From: Candidatus Coatesbacteria bacterium
GTDB lineage: Bacteria; JAFGND01
Assembly: GCA_016927185.1 (NCBI GenBank)
Contig: JAFGND010000034.1
Location: forward strand, 1 to 64,000
Direction of reading: 5' to 3'
DNA length: 64,000 nt
Position 1 is the first letter of the stretch. The number at the start of each line of letters is the position of its first letter. Below the pieces are notes generated by a model, which saw only the letters and a program-made list of their open reading frames with translations, ran no database searches and was not told the DNA's origin. This document shows positions 27,773-37,972 of the stretch, in pieces. Both the position numbers and the translations under genes were made by a program.

Positions 27773-28648
27773 TCAAATCAAGGCGTAATCTTTTAAAACC
27801 TTCTTAATTTTTTCTTCAGTAGCCTTATCAGGAGCGACTAAAGGTAATCTGACACCACCGCAATCAAATCCCATGAACTTAAGCATATATTTAACAGGAA
27901 TCGGGCTTGTTGTAAAAAATAATCCTTTTATAAGAGCCTGAAGAGACAAATTCATCTTTACTGCTTCCTCTGTCTTGCCTTCCACAAATTTCATTATAGT
28001 TTCTTTGAATCTCTTCCCATAGATATTACTCAGGACACTTACAACTCCAACTGCACCTACGCTTAAAAATGGAATCGTCAATCCATCATCACCGCTATAA
28101 ACAAGAAAATCACCTCTTGTTGCCCTTACCATTTCTGAGCATTGTTCAACACTGCCAGCTGCTTCTTTAAGAGCCACGATACTATCTATTTCCGAAAGCC
28201 TTGAAACAGTATCAGGAAGCATATTGACACTGCATCTTCCAGGTATATTATACATCATTATCGGAAGATCTGTGCTTTCTGCAATAAACCTGAAGTGCTG
28301 ATACAATCCTTCCTGAGGTGGTTTGTTATAATATGGAGAAACAATCAGTAGGGCATCAGGTTTCAAAGTGCTTATTTCCTTTGCAAACTCTGCCGTCTCT
28401 TTTGTATTGTAAGAACCTGCGCCACACATCACTTTTACCCTGTTATTAGCATGCTTGATTACTGCTTCATAAAGCTCCAGTTTCTCTTCATGAGACAGTG
28501 TTGGAGATTCCCCAGTAGTACCACCAACCAAAACAGTATCAGTGCCATCTTCTATCAATTTATCTACAAGTTCTCTTGCCCTTTGCAAATCGAGTGATAA
28601 ATCTTCCTTAAATGGTGTTACCATAGCTGTTACAATTCTTCCAAACAT
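27773..28648 (-). CDS. dapA: 4-hydroxy-tetrahydrodipicolinate synthase
   Basis: TAMVTPF, GTTGESPTLS, PYYNKPPQEGLY, YNIPGR, KEA, YSGDD. Confidence 0.95.
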   Translation of the reverse strand: MFGRIVTAMVTPFKEDLSLDLQRARELVDKLIEDGTDTVLVGGTTGESPTLSHEEKLELYEAVIKHANNRVKVMCGAGSYNTKETAEFAKEISTLKPDALLIVSPYYNKPPQEGLYQHFRFIAESTDLPIMMYNIPGRCSVNMLPDTVSRLSEIDSIVALKEAAGSVEQCSEMVRATRGDFLVYSGDDGLTIPFLSVGAVGVVSVLSNIYGKRFKETIMKFVEGKTEEAVKMNLSLQALIKGLFFTTSPIPVKYMLKFMGFDCGGVRLPLVAPDKATEEKIKKVLKDYALI

Positions 28649-28649
28649 A

Positions 28650-29804
28650 TTATCCTCCTTTTTTCCTGAATCTCTCTGTAGCTTCTTCTATATCAGAATC
28701 AGGTAAAGTTGTAGATATCCTGAAAAATCCTTCTCCATATTCACCGAAACCGCTTCCAGGAGTGACAACCACAGCATACTTATCAAGCATGAAGTCAGCA
28801 AATGAGGCTGAAGAAAATCCTTCAGGAACCCTAGACCAGAAATAGAAAGTTCCGTCTGGAATTCTCAAATCCAATCCAAGATACTTGAATCCTTCCCTGA
28901 CTTTTTCCATTCGCTTTTTATATATAATAGCAAACCTTGATGGCATATCCAATTCATTTTCAAGAGCATGAATTCCAGCATATTGTATAGCCTGGAAAAC
29001 TCCAGAATCAATATTTGTCTTTATTTTTCCCAGAGCATCAATTGCTTCTTTGTCACCAGCAGCGAATCCTATGCGCCATCCTGTCATGTTGAATGGTTTC
29101 GAGAGGCTGTGAAATTCAAGTATATTGTTGTTATCTCCGCTTTCTGAAAGGAATGAAAATGGTTTTTTTCCAAAGTATACTTCACCATAAGCCATATCCG
29201 AACAAAGCAGAATATCGTTTTTCCTGCAGAAATCAATAATCTCAATTCTGAAATTCTCATTTGCAAAAGCTCCAGTTGGATTATTGGGGTAGTTTATGAA
29301 AAAAATTTTTGCTTTCCTTGCAACATCCGAAGGAATTGATGATAAATCAGGCAGGAAACCATTCTCCTCTTTTAGCGGTAACAGAAAAGGAATTCCGTCT
29401 GCTATTATTGTTCCTGTATAATAAACTGGATATCCCGGTGATGGTACGAGTACAATGTCAGAACTATCAAGATAAGCCAGCGAAATATGAGCAATACCTT
29501 CCTTGCTTCCTATCAAAGCAAGTATGTCTTCGCTGCAACACTTTACATTATACCTTTTTGCAAGATATCTTGAAGCTGCTTCCCTGAATTCATCCATTCC
29601 AAAATAGCTTGGATAACGGTGGTTTAGAGGATCAGATGCCTTTTCATTCAATTCCGTTACTATACCACTTGGTGTTGGCAAGTCAGGGTCTCCTATTCCG
29701 AATGATATCACTTTAATTCCTCTTGATCTCATTTCAGAGATTTTTCTGTCTATCTCAGCAAATAGATATACTGGAAACTTATTCAGTCTTGATGAAAGCT
29801 TCAT
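28650..29804 (-). CDS. dapL: LL-diaminopimelate aminotransferase (class I/II PLP)
   Basis: YLFAEID, GIGDPDLPTP, GSKEGIAH, NYPNNPTG, SLSKPFNMTGWRIG; lies between dapF and dapA. Confidence 0.85.
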   Translation of the reverse strand: MKLSSRLNKFPVYLFAEIDRKISEMRSRGIKVISFGIGDPDLPTPSGIVTELNEKASDPLNHRYPSYFGMDEFREAASRYLAKRYNVKCCSEDILALIGSKEGIAHISLAYLDSSDIVLVPSPGYPVYYTGTIIADGIPFLLPLKEENGFLPDLSSIPSDVARKAKIFFINYPNNPTGAFANENFRIEIIDFCRKNDILLCSDMAYGEVYFGKKPFSFLSESGDNNNILEFHSLSKPFNMTGWRIGFAAGDKEAIDALGKIKTNIDSGVFQAIQYAGIHALENELDMPSRFAIIYKKRMEKVREGFKYLGLDLRIPDGTFYFWSRVPEGFSSASFADFMLDKYAVVVTPGSGFGEYGEGFFRISTTLPDSDIEEATERFRKKGG

Positions 29805-30636
29805 GGAAACTGTCTCCTATTTCTCCATCATACACCTTTTCTGCCGAACCAATCATAATCAAATTATCATCAATATCCTTTTCAAATAGCAGGGAACCTC
29901 CTCTGAGGTTTATTTTACAGCTCTGGTCAATAAGACCACTTTTTAATAAAGCTGCAAAACTGGCTGTCGCTCCTGTTCCACAAGCAAGAGTCTCTCCACA
30001 TCCTCTTTCCCAGACTCTCAGATTTATATTGCTTCTGTCTATAACTTCAGCAAAATTAACATTAATTCTATTTGGGAACTTCTCATGAAATTCAAGAAAA
30101 GGTCCCATTTTGCATATGAATTTATCACTCAGGTTCTTTGTAAAAATTACTATATGAGGATTTCCAACAGATACAAGTGTGAAAACCAGTTCTTCTCCAT
30201 TAAAAACCTCCTTGCTGTTTATTCGCTGATTCGAATAAAAAGCTGGAAGATCTTCTGGATTGAATGATGCTTTTCCCATGTTGACTTTTATTTTTCTCAC
30301 TTCATCATCAACAACTTCAAGCTCACAATATTTAACACCATTCCTTGTATCAATGACAAGAGGATTCGTCTTCAAACATAGCTCTTCATAAGCATATTTT
30401 GCAAGGCATCTTATCCCGTTTCCACACATTTCTGCAACACTTCCATCAGAGTTGTAATAATCCATGAACAGATGAGCTTCCTTATTCCTGCTTTCTTCAG
30501 CAATAATCAATCCATCTGAACCTATTCCAAAGTGTCTGTCGCATAGTTTTCTTATTGTCTCTGAATGCCCCTTTGCAATCGTATCTGTCACCATTATGAA
30601 ATCATTCCCTATTGCCTGATATTTAGAGAATTTCAT
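29779..30636 (-). CDS. dapF: Diaminopimelate epimerase
   Basis: GNDF, DRHFGIGSDG, EMCGNGIRC, GNPH, WERGCGETLACGTG. Confidence 0.95.
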   Translation of the reverse strand: MKFSKYQAIGNDFIMVTDTIAKGHSETIRKLCDRHFGIGSDGLIIAEESRNKEAHLFMDYYNSDGSVAEMCGNGIRCLAKYAYEELCLKTNPLVIDTRNGVKYCELEVVDDEVRKIKVNMGKASFNPEDLPAFYSNQRINSKEVFNGEELVFTLVSVGNPHIVIFTKNLSDKFICKMGPFLEFHEKFPNRINVNFAEVIDRSNINLRVWERGCGETLACGTGATASFAALLKSGLIDQSCKINLRGGSLLFEKDIDDNLIMIGSAEKVYDGEIGDSFHEAFIKTE

Positions 30637-30638
30637 TA

Positions 30639-31121
30639 TTAATCACCCAAATCCTTGATCCCTCTTTTTAATTCATCAATCTTTTCCCTGATTGCATCTT
30701 CAGGTGTTTTATCCCTGAAATAGATTCCTGACAATACATTAGCCTGATTGTTCTCCATGAAAAGTTTTATTTTCTCTGTATAACTATTTCCACCTGCTCC
30801 CTGAGTAACAACAACGACAGTTTTTTTATCAGCCCAGTTCGTTTTTTCGACAAAAGTCCTTATCGCAGGAGAAGGATTTCCTGCCCAGATAGGGGTCATA
30901 AGAAAGACTATATCATACTCTTCTGGTTTCTGCATGGGAAATACTATATTGATATGCTTCTTTCTTACAGCTTCCAGTATACCTCCCAGAAAACCTCTGA
31001 TTCCCTTTCTTTCTCTCGCTTCCCTTATCTCGATGAGATCTGCACTCATTTTTTCTCCAATGACTTCAGCAACTTTTCTGGTGAAACCCTTCCATGAGTA
31101 AAAAAAGACAGCTTTTTTCAT
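30639..31121 (-). CDS. Flavodoxin-like protein
   Basis: FYSWKGFTRKVAE, YDIVFL.TPIWAG, T.GAGG. Confidence 0.75.
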   Translation of the reverse strand: MKKAVFFYSWKGFTRKVAEVIGEKMSADLIEIREARERKGIRGFLGGILEAVRKKHINIVFPMQKPEEYDIVFLMTPIWAGNPSPAIRTFVEKTNWADKKTVVVVTQGAGGNSYTEKIKLFMENNQANVLSGIYFRDKTPEDAIREKIDELKRGIKDLGD

Positions 31122-31133
31122 ATTATCACTTCC

Positions 31134-34100
31134 TTAAAGCAAATCTATTTGTTTAGCTTTTCTTAGGATAGATTTCTGGAAAACGTTAATTAAATCAACA
31201 GGAATCTCATCCTTGAATCTTGAGGGAAGCGTAAATGATCCCTCTTTACTTTTACAATACAACAAGTTAAGATCTCTCCTTGCTCTTGTCATTGCAACAT
31301 AAAACAATCTTCTTTCTTCTTCCAAATCACATTCATGAAAATCATTGTAAAAAGGAATAGTACCTTCCTGAAAATTTGCTATAAATACTGTATCAAACTC
31401 CAGCCCTTTAGCAGCATGCATTGTCAGAAGAGAAACAGCTTCTTGAGTATATGCAATTTCTGCATCTCCTGAAATATTTCTTCCAAGAGTTATCAGTAAA
31501 TCTTTTATATCATCCAAATCATCACAAAGATAAAGAAGCTGTTTGACTTTTTCATTTATTTCAATATTACATGATTTTATTACTTCCATGATTATGTTTT
31601 TCAGGCATTCTTTCCGGATCAGCAATTTTATTCTTTCAACTACTTCAAGGATAACTTTGCTATCAGTTTTATCTACTGAATTAATTCCATTTTGAGTAAC
31701 CATCTCAACATAAAAATCAGTATTCTCATAGACTGCAGCTTTCAAAATAAAGAGAATATCGATTACATTTTCATCTTCAAGAAAATCTGAGTTTGTCAAT
31801 ATTCTATATGGAATTCTCTCATATGACAAGCTCTGAGCGAAATCATTTAATTCTTTGTTTGTCCTGCATAAAACTGCATAATCAGAAAAAGACTTGCCTC
31901 CACCAGTCACTTCTCTTCCTATACCATCAGATGCAAGCATCGAAATACCACCAATACCATTCTGGATTTCATGTGCCACAAAAATTGCTGATGATCTTGA
32001 AGTTGGAAATACATGATATCCAGGTTTATCAGCACTTTCTGCAGATTCAGTAATATTCCTCAGCATATCTGGATTATTCATTATAACACAGTTTGCAGCA
32101 GAGATTATATTCTGACTTGATCTGTAATTTCTCTTTAGCTTGAAAACGGATGCATCGTTTTTATAGTTTTCTATGAACTCAGTAAAAAGCCTGGCGTTTG
32201 AACCTCTGAAACCATAAATTGACTGATCAGGATCTCCAATAACAAAAAGCTTGCTTTTTTTCTTTTCCCAAAGCAGCTTCACTATTTCAATCTGTATTCT
32301 GTTAAGATCCTGAAACTCATCAACAAGTATAAGCTTATATCTATTCTTGAATCCTTCAAGAAGAGTATCTCTGAATTTCAATAACAGATCATCATAGTCC
32401 AGCAAATCCCATTTTAGAAGCATTTTCCGATAGTATTCATATACATTCTCTGCATATCCAGGTCTTTTTCCTTTTTCTGCTTCTAGTCCATTTTTCCTCA
32501 GGGAAATGTAAGAAAGATATTTTTCAGCTTTCACTTTTATATCATTATCAATTAGATGCTTTTTTATTATTCTCAATGATTCATGATAGTCTATTAGATT
32601 TATTTTCATTGAAAATTCAGTCAGATAATCAAGTGCTATTGCATGCATTGTATCTGCCTTCACTTTGCCAAGAGACATTCCCTTTAATCTTTTCTTAAGT
32701 TCAAGTGCAGCTTTTCTCGTAAAAGTGAAACAGACTATTTCTTCCTGTTTTGTATTATTATTTGATATTTCATGATTGATTTTCTCAATCAAAGTGAAAG
32801 TTTTTCCTGTACCTGGACCTGCAATTACTGCTGTCAATGAACTTGCTGATAAAACAGCTTTCTCCTGTTCATTATTTAAAACACTCTCGCTTAATGAATA
32901 AGATTTTTCCTTTTTCCTTATTGGAGTTATTGGTTTATTTTCCTTTTGTCTTTTTTTATCTAGTTCCTTTACAATATTGAATAACTGATTTCCCCTGTCT
33001 TTAATTTCATTCTTTTCAAAAAATTGTATTTTTCCATAAACTCCGTCATATCCAGCTTTTAAAATCACCTTATTAAGTCTCAATCTCCTGATTGCTTCTT
33101 CAAGTACTTCTCCACCAGAACTCCTTATATCTTCTAATGGGATCTCGTGCAGTATACTGAGTTCGTTTCCCAGCCTTGATATAAGCATATGATATATTTC
33201 ATCAACTTTCCTGCATTTCGAATTCACATCCAGGCAATCAGATATTATCTCTTTAAGTGGGACTATATATTTAAAATCCCTTGCCTTAGGTCCCTTGTAT
33301 GCTTCTTGTCTGTCTGATAACTCAAATATTCTGCTAAGCACTCCAACAGTAACTGGTTTATTGCATCTTGGGCATAAAGATCCCATTGCTTCTGTTTCTG
33401 ATGGATTAAGGCAAATATCACATTTCCTGTGGCCATCAAGATGATATTTACCTTCTTCAGGAAAAAACTCCAGAGTTCCAAGAAATCCATCGGGATTCTT
33501 GTTTTTAAGACAATCTGATATGCCTTGAAATGACAGATCACAATTAAAAATATTAGCTTCTCTTGCAAGATTCTCTGGAGAATGTGCATCACTATTTGAA
33601 ACAAGAAAATAATCATCCAGTGCAGAAACATGCCAGTTCATTTCTGGATCAGAACTTAATCCGGTTTCTAGAGCGTGAATATATTCTGTCAAATCCTTGA
33701 AACAGTCTTCAATATTGTCAAATCCTGTCTTGCTGCCAAAAAGAGAAAAATGCGGTGTCCATATATGAGCTGGAATGAATATGACATCCTGATTTACTGA
33801 CAGGCATATTTCAAGAAGATCATGTGCAGAAATCCCAAGTATAGGTCTTCCATCACTTTTTACATTCCCTATTAAAGACAATCTCAAGCTAAGCTTTTCT
33901 GCACTCTTTATATCTGGGAAAATTATTATATTATGATTTTTCCTTACCTTACCATCTTGTTTGTAAATAGATGATACTTCTGCTGTTAATACAAATCCAG
34001 GTATAATATCACAATTTTTATAAATCCTGTTTTCTATACTTTTCCTGAATTCATCTTTCAGGGAAAGCAACCCGGAACCATCTTCATTCATTTTCTCTTT

Positions 34101-34259
34101 CAATTCATCAAGCCATTTAGGATGAATGAAATCACCTGTTCCAACAAGATTGATACCCTTTATGGCAGCTGAAATGAAAAGATTCTCTGGATTACAATTC
34201 TTGCTTGTTGCTATTGAATAATGCGAATGAATATGTAAATCTGCTGTGAACAAAGTCAT
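31134..34259 (-). CDS. PHP/endonuclease Q-like domain fused to UvrD/PcrA-family helicase
   Basis: DLHIHSHYS, GTGD, PAHIWTP, SNSDAHS, GKYHLDGHRKC..C...CPRC Zn finger; then AGPGTGKT, VDEFQD, GDPDQSIYGFRG, NYRS, MHAAKGLEF, EERRLFYVAMTRAR. Confidence 0.9.
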   Translation of the reverse strand: MTLFTADLHIHSHYSIATSKNCNPENLFISAAIKGINLVGTGDFIHPKWLDELKEKMNEDGSGLLSLKDEFRKSIENRIYKNCDIIPGFVLTAEVSSIYKQDGKVRKNHNIIIFPDIKSAEKLSLRLSLIGNVKSDGRPILGISAHDLLEICLSVNQDVIFIPAHIWTPHFSLFGSKTGFDNIEDCFKDLTEYIHALETGLSSDPEMNWHVSALDDYFLVSNSDAHSPENLAREANIFNCDLSFQGISDCLKNKNPDGFLGTLEFFPEEGKYHLDGHRKCDICLNPSETEAMGSLCPRCNKPVTVGVLSRIFELSDRQEAYKGPKARDFKYIVPLKEIISDCLDVNSKCRKVDEIYHMLISRLGNELSILHEIPLEDIRSSGGEVLEEAIRRLRLNKVILKAGYDGVYGKIQFFEKNEIKDRGNQLFNIVKELDKKRQKENKPITPIRKKEKSYSLSESVLNNEQEKAVLSASSLTAVIAGPGTGKTFTLIEKINHEISNNNTKQEEIVCFTFTRKAALELKKRLKGMSLGKVKADTMHAIALDYLTEFSMKINLIDYHESLRIIKKHLIDNDIKVKAEKYLSYISLRKNGLEAEKGKRPGYAENVYEYYRKMLLKWDLLDYDDLLLKFRDTLLEGFKNRYKLILVDEFQDLNRIQIEIVKLLWEKKKSKLFVIGDPDQSIYGFRGSNARLFTEFIENYKNDASVFKLKRNYRSSQNIISAANCVIMNNPDMLRNITESAESADKPGYHVFPTSRSSAIFVAHEIQNGIGGISMLASDGIGREVTGGGKSFSDYAVLCRTNKELNDFAQSLSYERIPYRILTNSDFLEDENVIDILFILKAAVYENTDFYVEMVTQNGINSVDKTDSKVILEVVERIKLLIRKECLKNIIMEVIKSCNIEINEKVKQLLYLCDDLDDIKDLLITLGRNISGDAEIAYTQEAVSLLTMHAAKGLEFDTVFIANFQEGTIPFYNDFHECDLEEERRLFYVAMTRARRDLNLLYCKSKEGSFTLPSRFKDEIPVDLINVFQKSILRKAKQIDLL

Positions 34260-34476
34260 GATTTTCCTGAAATATTATTAAAGCTTTTAGTGTCAAGTTT
34301 TTAAATTATGAAGTGTTTTTTGAAAACATTGTTTATAAAGTCGCTTTTCTTGCATCCCCATTTATTTTTTTTCATCTATCCAAAATTACCAGAAAAAGAG
34401 TTTGCTATTTCCAATTAATGGACTAATTTAGCTTGACTAAAAGAGAAATATTATAATTTTTTGCAACATTATAAAA

Positions 34477-34549
34477 GCACCGCTAGCTCAATTGGTAGAG
34501 CAACGGACTCTTAATCCGTAGGCTCTTGGTTCGATTCCAAGGCGGTGTA
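34477..34549 (+). tRNA. tRNA-Lys(CTT)
   Basis: Acceptor GCACCGC/GCGGTGT, D-arm AGCTCAATTGGTAGAGC, anticodon arm ACGGA-CT-CTT-AA-TCCGT, T-loop GGTTCGATTCC; CCA not encoded. Confidence 0.95.
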
Positions 34550-34559
34550 AAGAAGTCAA

Positions 34560-34633
34560 GGGGCTGTAGCTCAGTTGGCTAGAGCATTTGACTGGCAGTC
34601 AAAAGGCCGTGGGTTCGAGTCCCACCAGCTCCA
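34560..34633 (+). tRNA. tRNA-Ala(GGC)
   Basis: Acceptor GGGGCTG/CAGCTCC with G3:U70, anticodon arm TTTGA-CT-GGC-AG-TCAAA, GGTTCGAGTCC. Confidence 0.95.
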
Positions 34634-34961
34634 ATAAATTCATACCAATTTGATTCAATATTTCTTTTTCTGCTATGCTTAGTAGTAATAATTTTCTCTC
34701 TCAGCTTCTTATGTTTATATAATAGAATGATAATCATAATATCATGTATGTTAATCAACAGCAGATAAGAGAAGGATAAATGTTTTTAAGATTGAACTAA
34801 AGGCAATTGCAGGTATAGTTTTATCTTCTTAAGTTTTATTCTTAATTGTAAGAAAGAATATAATACCATGTAAGGAATAATTTGAAAAAAAAGACTGATA
34901 ATATGGTTTTTGTATTATTTAAATAATAAACTTTTAAAAGAAAAACATGTAAGCAGCGTGA

Positions 34962-36521
34962 TTATCTTCTTCTCTCCCATATTATTCCTGATACTAATCT
35001 ATCTACAGGAACATAATCATCAGTCAAAACAAGAAAGTCAGTTTTTGCCCTGAGTTTATCAATCAAGTCACTTTCAAGTTCGTGACAGACAATGCAATAA
35101 TCATCATCTCTTGTTCCGATATTATCAAGCAATTCCAGAGGCTTTGGTGAAGCAACGGCTACAAAAGTATCACGAAGCTTTGGATCACCACTTGCTCCCT
35201 CTGCGAATACTCTTACATAAGGGAAAACTGCCCTTGATGTCTGACAGGTTGCCCCAAGGAACATTCCCTTATCCTGAATGTCAATAATATTTATGAGATA
35301 AACTCCATCATCCTTAAGGAGCTTTCTAATCATTGACAGGTATTCATAAGTAGTGAGATGGTAAGGTACTGATAAGTCATTATATGCGTCAGCATAAATG
35401 CAATCGAATTTCTCAACTCCTTTTCTGCATAATTCTTCAACAACCAGTCTGCCATCTCTGTTATCAGTAGCTATTCTCGGATCATCAGTCAAACCAAGAT
35501 ATTTATAGGAAACGTCAGTAACAACAGGATCTATTTCTGCGACAAAAACAAACGAATCTGGATAATTATGAACTAGATAGCGAGGTAAAGTGTATCCACC
35601 TCCTCCTATGAACATGAAACGAGCGTTTTTCTTGTCTTTGACTACCCGTTTTGTGATTGCAGCGTAAAGCTGTTCATAATCATATTCCAGATGATCAGGA
35701 TTTTTTGGGTGACAATATGAATGAATTAAATTATCAAGTCTTAAAACCATAAGCTGGGGATCTTTTTCTCTGGGATAAATCTGAATGAAAGAATAAGCGG
35801 AATCATGTGCATAAAGTCCATCTTCCCTGTCTTGAAGAAGAAGGAATTTTGCTAATTGCTTAGGTTTTTCTGAAGTTGTGAAAGAAAGAAAAAGAGCAAC
35901 AAGTAATATGATAGCTAATATGCCATGTATCCATCTCTTAGGTCCTGCCCATAACCCTAGCAAACTGAGTACAAATGAAACCATTACTATTACTGCTTTA
36001 ACTCCTATCCATGCTATCAGGAAATATCCTGTGAAAAGAGTGCCAAGTATTGATCCTATAGCACCCCATGCATATAGTGTTCCCACTGTTGATCCTATTT
36101 CATCTTTTTGTTCCAGTAAAGCCATCTTCGCGACTATTGGAGATATGCAACCAAGCGCACAAGAAGGAATAAAGAAAACAAACACAACACTAAGAAAAAT
36201 CCTTATAGGCCAATGCAATTTTGTAAGCATATCCATAACTGAAATTGCCTGGTTCACTATTGGGATAGTTATACTAAGTATTGCTGCTATCATAAATATA
36301 TAACCAAGAAATTTTTTGGGTTCCCATTTATCAGCCATTTTTCCACCCAGGTAATTACCAAGAGATATACCACCTAAAATTACTGCAATTACTGCAGTCC
36401 ATGTGTACAGAGATGATCCAAGATAACGTGCAATAACCCTTCCTGCTACCAATTCTATAACCATCAAGGAAAAACTAGCCAAAAAAACTAAGGCAATGTT
36501 CTTTAAATTATGGCTTTTCAT
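34962..36521 (-). CDS. Fused MFS-like membrane domain / spermidine synthase-like SAM-dependent domain protein
   Basis: N-terminal TMs with ELVAGR...YLGSS..TW; C-terminal IGGGGYTLP, EIDP.V, DGR, DAY, LTDDY.PVD. Confidence 0.85.
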   Translation of the reverse strand: MKSHNLKNIALVFLASFSLMVIELVAGRVIARYLGSSLYTWTAVIAVILGGISLGNYLGGKMADKWEPKKFLGYIFMIAAILSITIPIVNQAISVMDMLTKLHWPIRIFLSVVFVFFIPSCALGCISPIVAKMALLEQKDEIGSTVGTLYAWGAIGSILGTLFTGYFLIAWIGVKAVIVMVSFVLSLLGLWAGPKRWIHGILAIILLVALFLSFTTSEKPKQLAKFLLLQDREDGLYAHDSAYSFIQIYPREKDPQLMVLRLDNLIHSYCHPKNPDHLEYDYEQLYAAITKRVVKDKKNARFMFIGGGGYTLPRYLVHNYPDSFVFVAEIDPVVTDVSYKYLGLTDDPRIATDNRDGRLVVEELCRKGVEKFDCIYADAYNDLSVPYHLTTYEYLSMIRKLLKDDGVYLINIIDIQDKGMFLGATCQTSRAVFPYVRVFAEGASGDPKLRDTFVAVASPKPLELLDNIGTRDDDYCIVCHELESDLIDKLRAKTDFLVLTDDYVPVDRLVSGIIWERRR

Positions 36522-36981
36522 TGTCTAACTCCCTTTTTAATGCATCTTCAATTTTGTCCTTTGAAGTGATAAAATATACAATTTCTGCTTTTGATAGTAC
36601 TTTACCGCTGCTTTCTTCCAACCAGGCATCTACATAAGCTATCTTTCCCCTCTCTCTTGTTAGCTTTGCTTTAGCTATTAATGGAATTCTGCCTGATACA
36701 GGTTTTACAAATTCCACCATTATTTTTACAGTAACAGCAATCTTGTTGGTAATGGAAGTTAATGCCCAGAAACCTACTTCATCTAAGATGGTTGTTTGAA
36801 TACCTCCGTGAAGCAATCCGGGATATCCTTCCAGATCCGGTCTGGGTTCAATTTTTGAAGATACAATCCCTGTTTCCTCATCATAAAGAAATTTCATGCG
36901 AAGTCCATGTGTATGATTTGGATCACAAGCAAAACAATTATAATCTTCCCAGTCCAGAAAATAATTCTCAACTTCCTTCAT
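36508..36981 (-). CDS. PaaI-family hotdog thioesterase
   Basis: CFAC...N..GL, GYPGLLHGG...T.LDE. Confidence 0.85.
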   Translation of the reverse strand: MKEVENYFLDWEDYNCFACDPNHTHGLRMKFLYDEETGIVSSKIEPRPDLEGYPGLLHGGIQTTILDEVGFWALTSITNKIAVTVKIMVEFVKPVSGRIPLIAKAKLTRERGKIAYVDAWLEESSGKVLSKAEIVYFITSKDKIEDALKRELDNEKP

Positions 36982-36985
36982 ATCA

Positions 36986-37969
36986 TTAGTCTTCTATATG
37001 TCTTTCTATCTTTATTGTTTTCCCATTCGCATCTATGCATTTATATATATAATGATCCTGATCATCTATATAATCATATGTCTCTTTGGAAAACCTTTCC
37101 TTGTTGTTTGCCTGGATTTCAGAAGCATTGTAGTAAACAACCTCCTTCAATCTGCCTTTTTCATCATATAACCGCTTGATTTTTGCTATTCCATCCTTAT
37201 TATTTATAAGATTGTTGTTCCCATCAAGGAATTTCTTTTCAATCATTCTTCCCTGACTATCATAAACAACCTGGAATTTCGCAAATCCAAATGGATTTAA
37301 AATTGGCTTGTCTCCGGTTCCGAGATATCCTTCCTCAGTCCTCCTGCCATCCTTATCATATGTCCAGAAAACTGTTATTATGCCATATTTATCTGCATAA
37401 GGTAATCCTGAACCATCAAAGCCTGACACTGAAATCAGGTTCTTTTCATTGTATTTATAAACTCTTCTTGCAAGCCCTTGAATCGGTTTTCCTTCAAGCC
37501 CGAAATATGCTTCTTCTATCACTCTTCCCTGTTCATCGTATTTGAAGGTTTTTCTAGCAATGGGAAGAGCCGGAGAACCATCAGACTTGAGGTTTTCCTC
37601 TTCAATTACCCATCCATTTTTGTCATAAAGAGCTATTGTTCTGTGTATACCACCCTGACCATTTGTAGGATTATCTTTATCATCATAAAATGATTTTTCC
37701 ACTGGAAGCCCTTTATCATTATATCGAAATTTCTGTTTTGCAATTCCAAATTGATTGGATGATAATCTGCTTCCATCCATTCTCCATATCTCAGTAATCT
37801 TGCCTATTTCATTCAAGATTACTTTATAGTATATTCCATGAGCAGGAGGTTTTTCAAGGGGATTACCTATGAACTGGTTTTTAACCTCATCATATCCCAG
37901 TCTGTCAAAATACTTTTCCTCAGCCATTATCAATGCTGATAACAGACAAATCAAAATAATAACTTTCAT
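36986..37969 (-). CDS. Secreted beta-repeat protein (about 30-aa YD-like repeats)
   Basis: Signal peptide; about 7-8 repeats of G+A....YD..G..+E..[FY]...G.P. Confidence 0.65.
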   Translation of the reverse strand: MKVIILICLLSALIMAEEKYFDRLGYDEVKNQFIGNPLEKPPAHGIYYKVILNEIGKITEIWRMDGSRLSSNQFGIAKQKFRYNDKGLPVEKSFYDDKDNPTNGQGGIHRTIALYDKNGWVIEEENLKSDGSPALPIARKTFKYDEQGRVIEEAYFGLEGKPIQGLARRVYKYNEKNLISVSGFDGSGLPYADKYGIITVFWTYDKDGRRTEEGYLGTGDKPILNPFGFAKFQVVYDSQGRMIEKKFLDGNNNLINNKDGIAKIKRLYDEKGRLKEVVYYNASEIQANNKERFSKETYDYIDDQDHYIYKCIDANGKTIKIERHIED

Positions 37970-37972
37970 GAT

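Noticed and set aside
34634-34961. AT-rich gap after tRNA-Ala as a prophage or island attachment site
   Set aside because: No integrase, no duplicated tRNA 3' end seen elsewhere in the window, and ordinary flanking genes
36986-37969. YD-like repeat protein as an RHS toxin
   Set aside because: Too short; no RHS core or DPxG motif, no toxin C-terminus and no immunity gene
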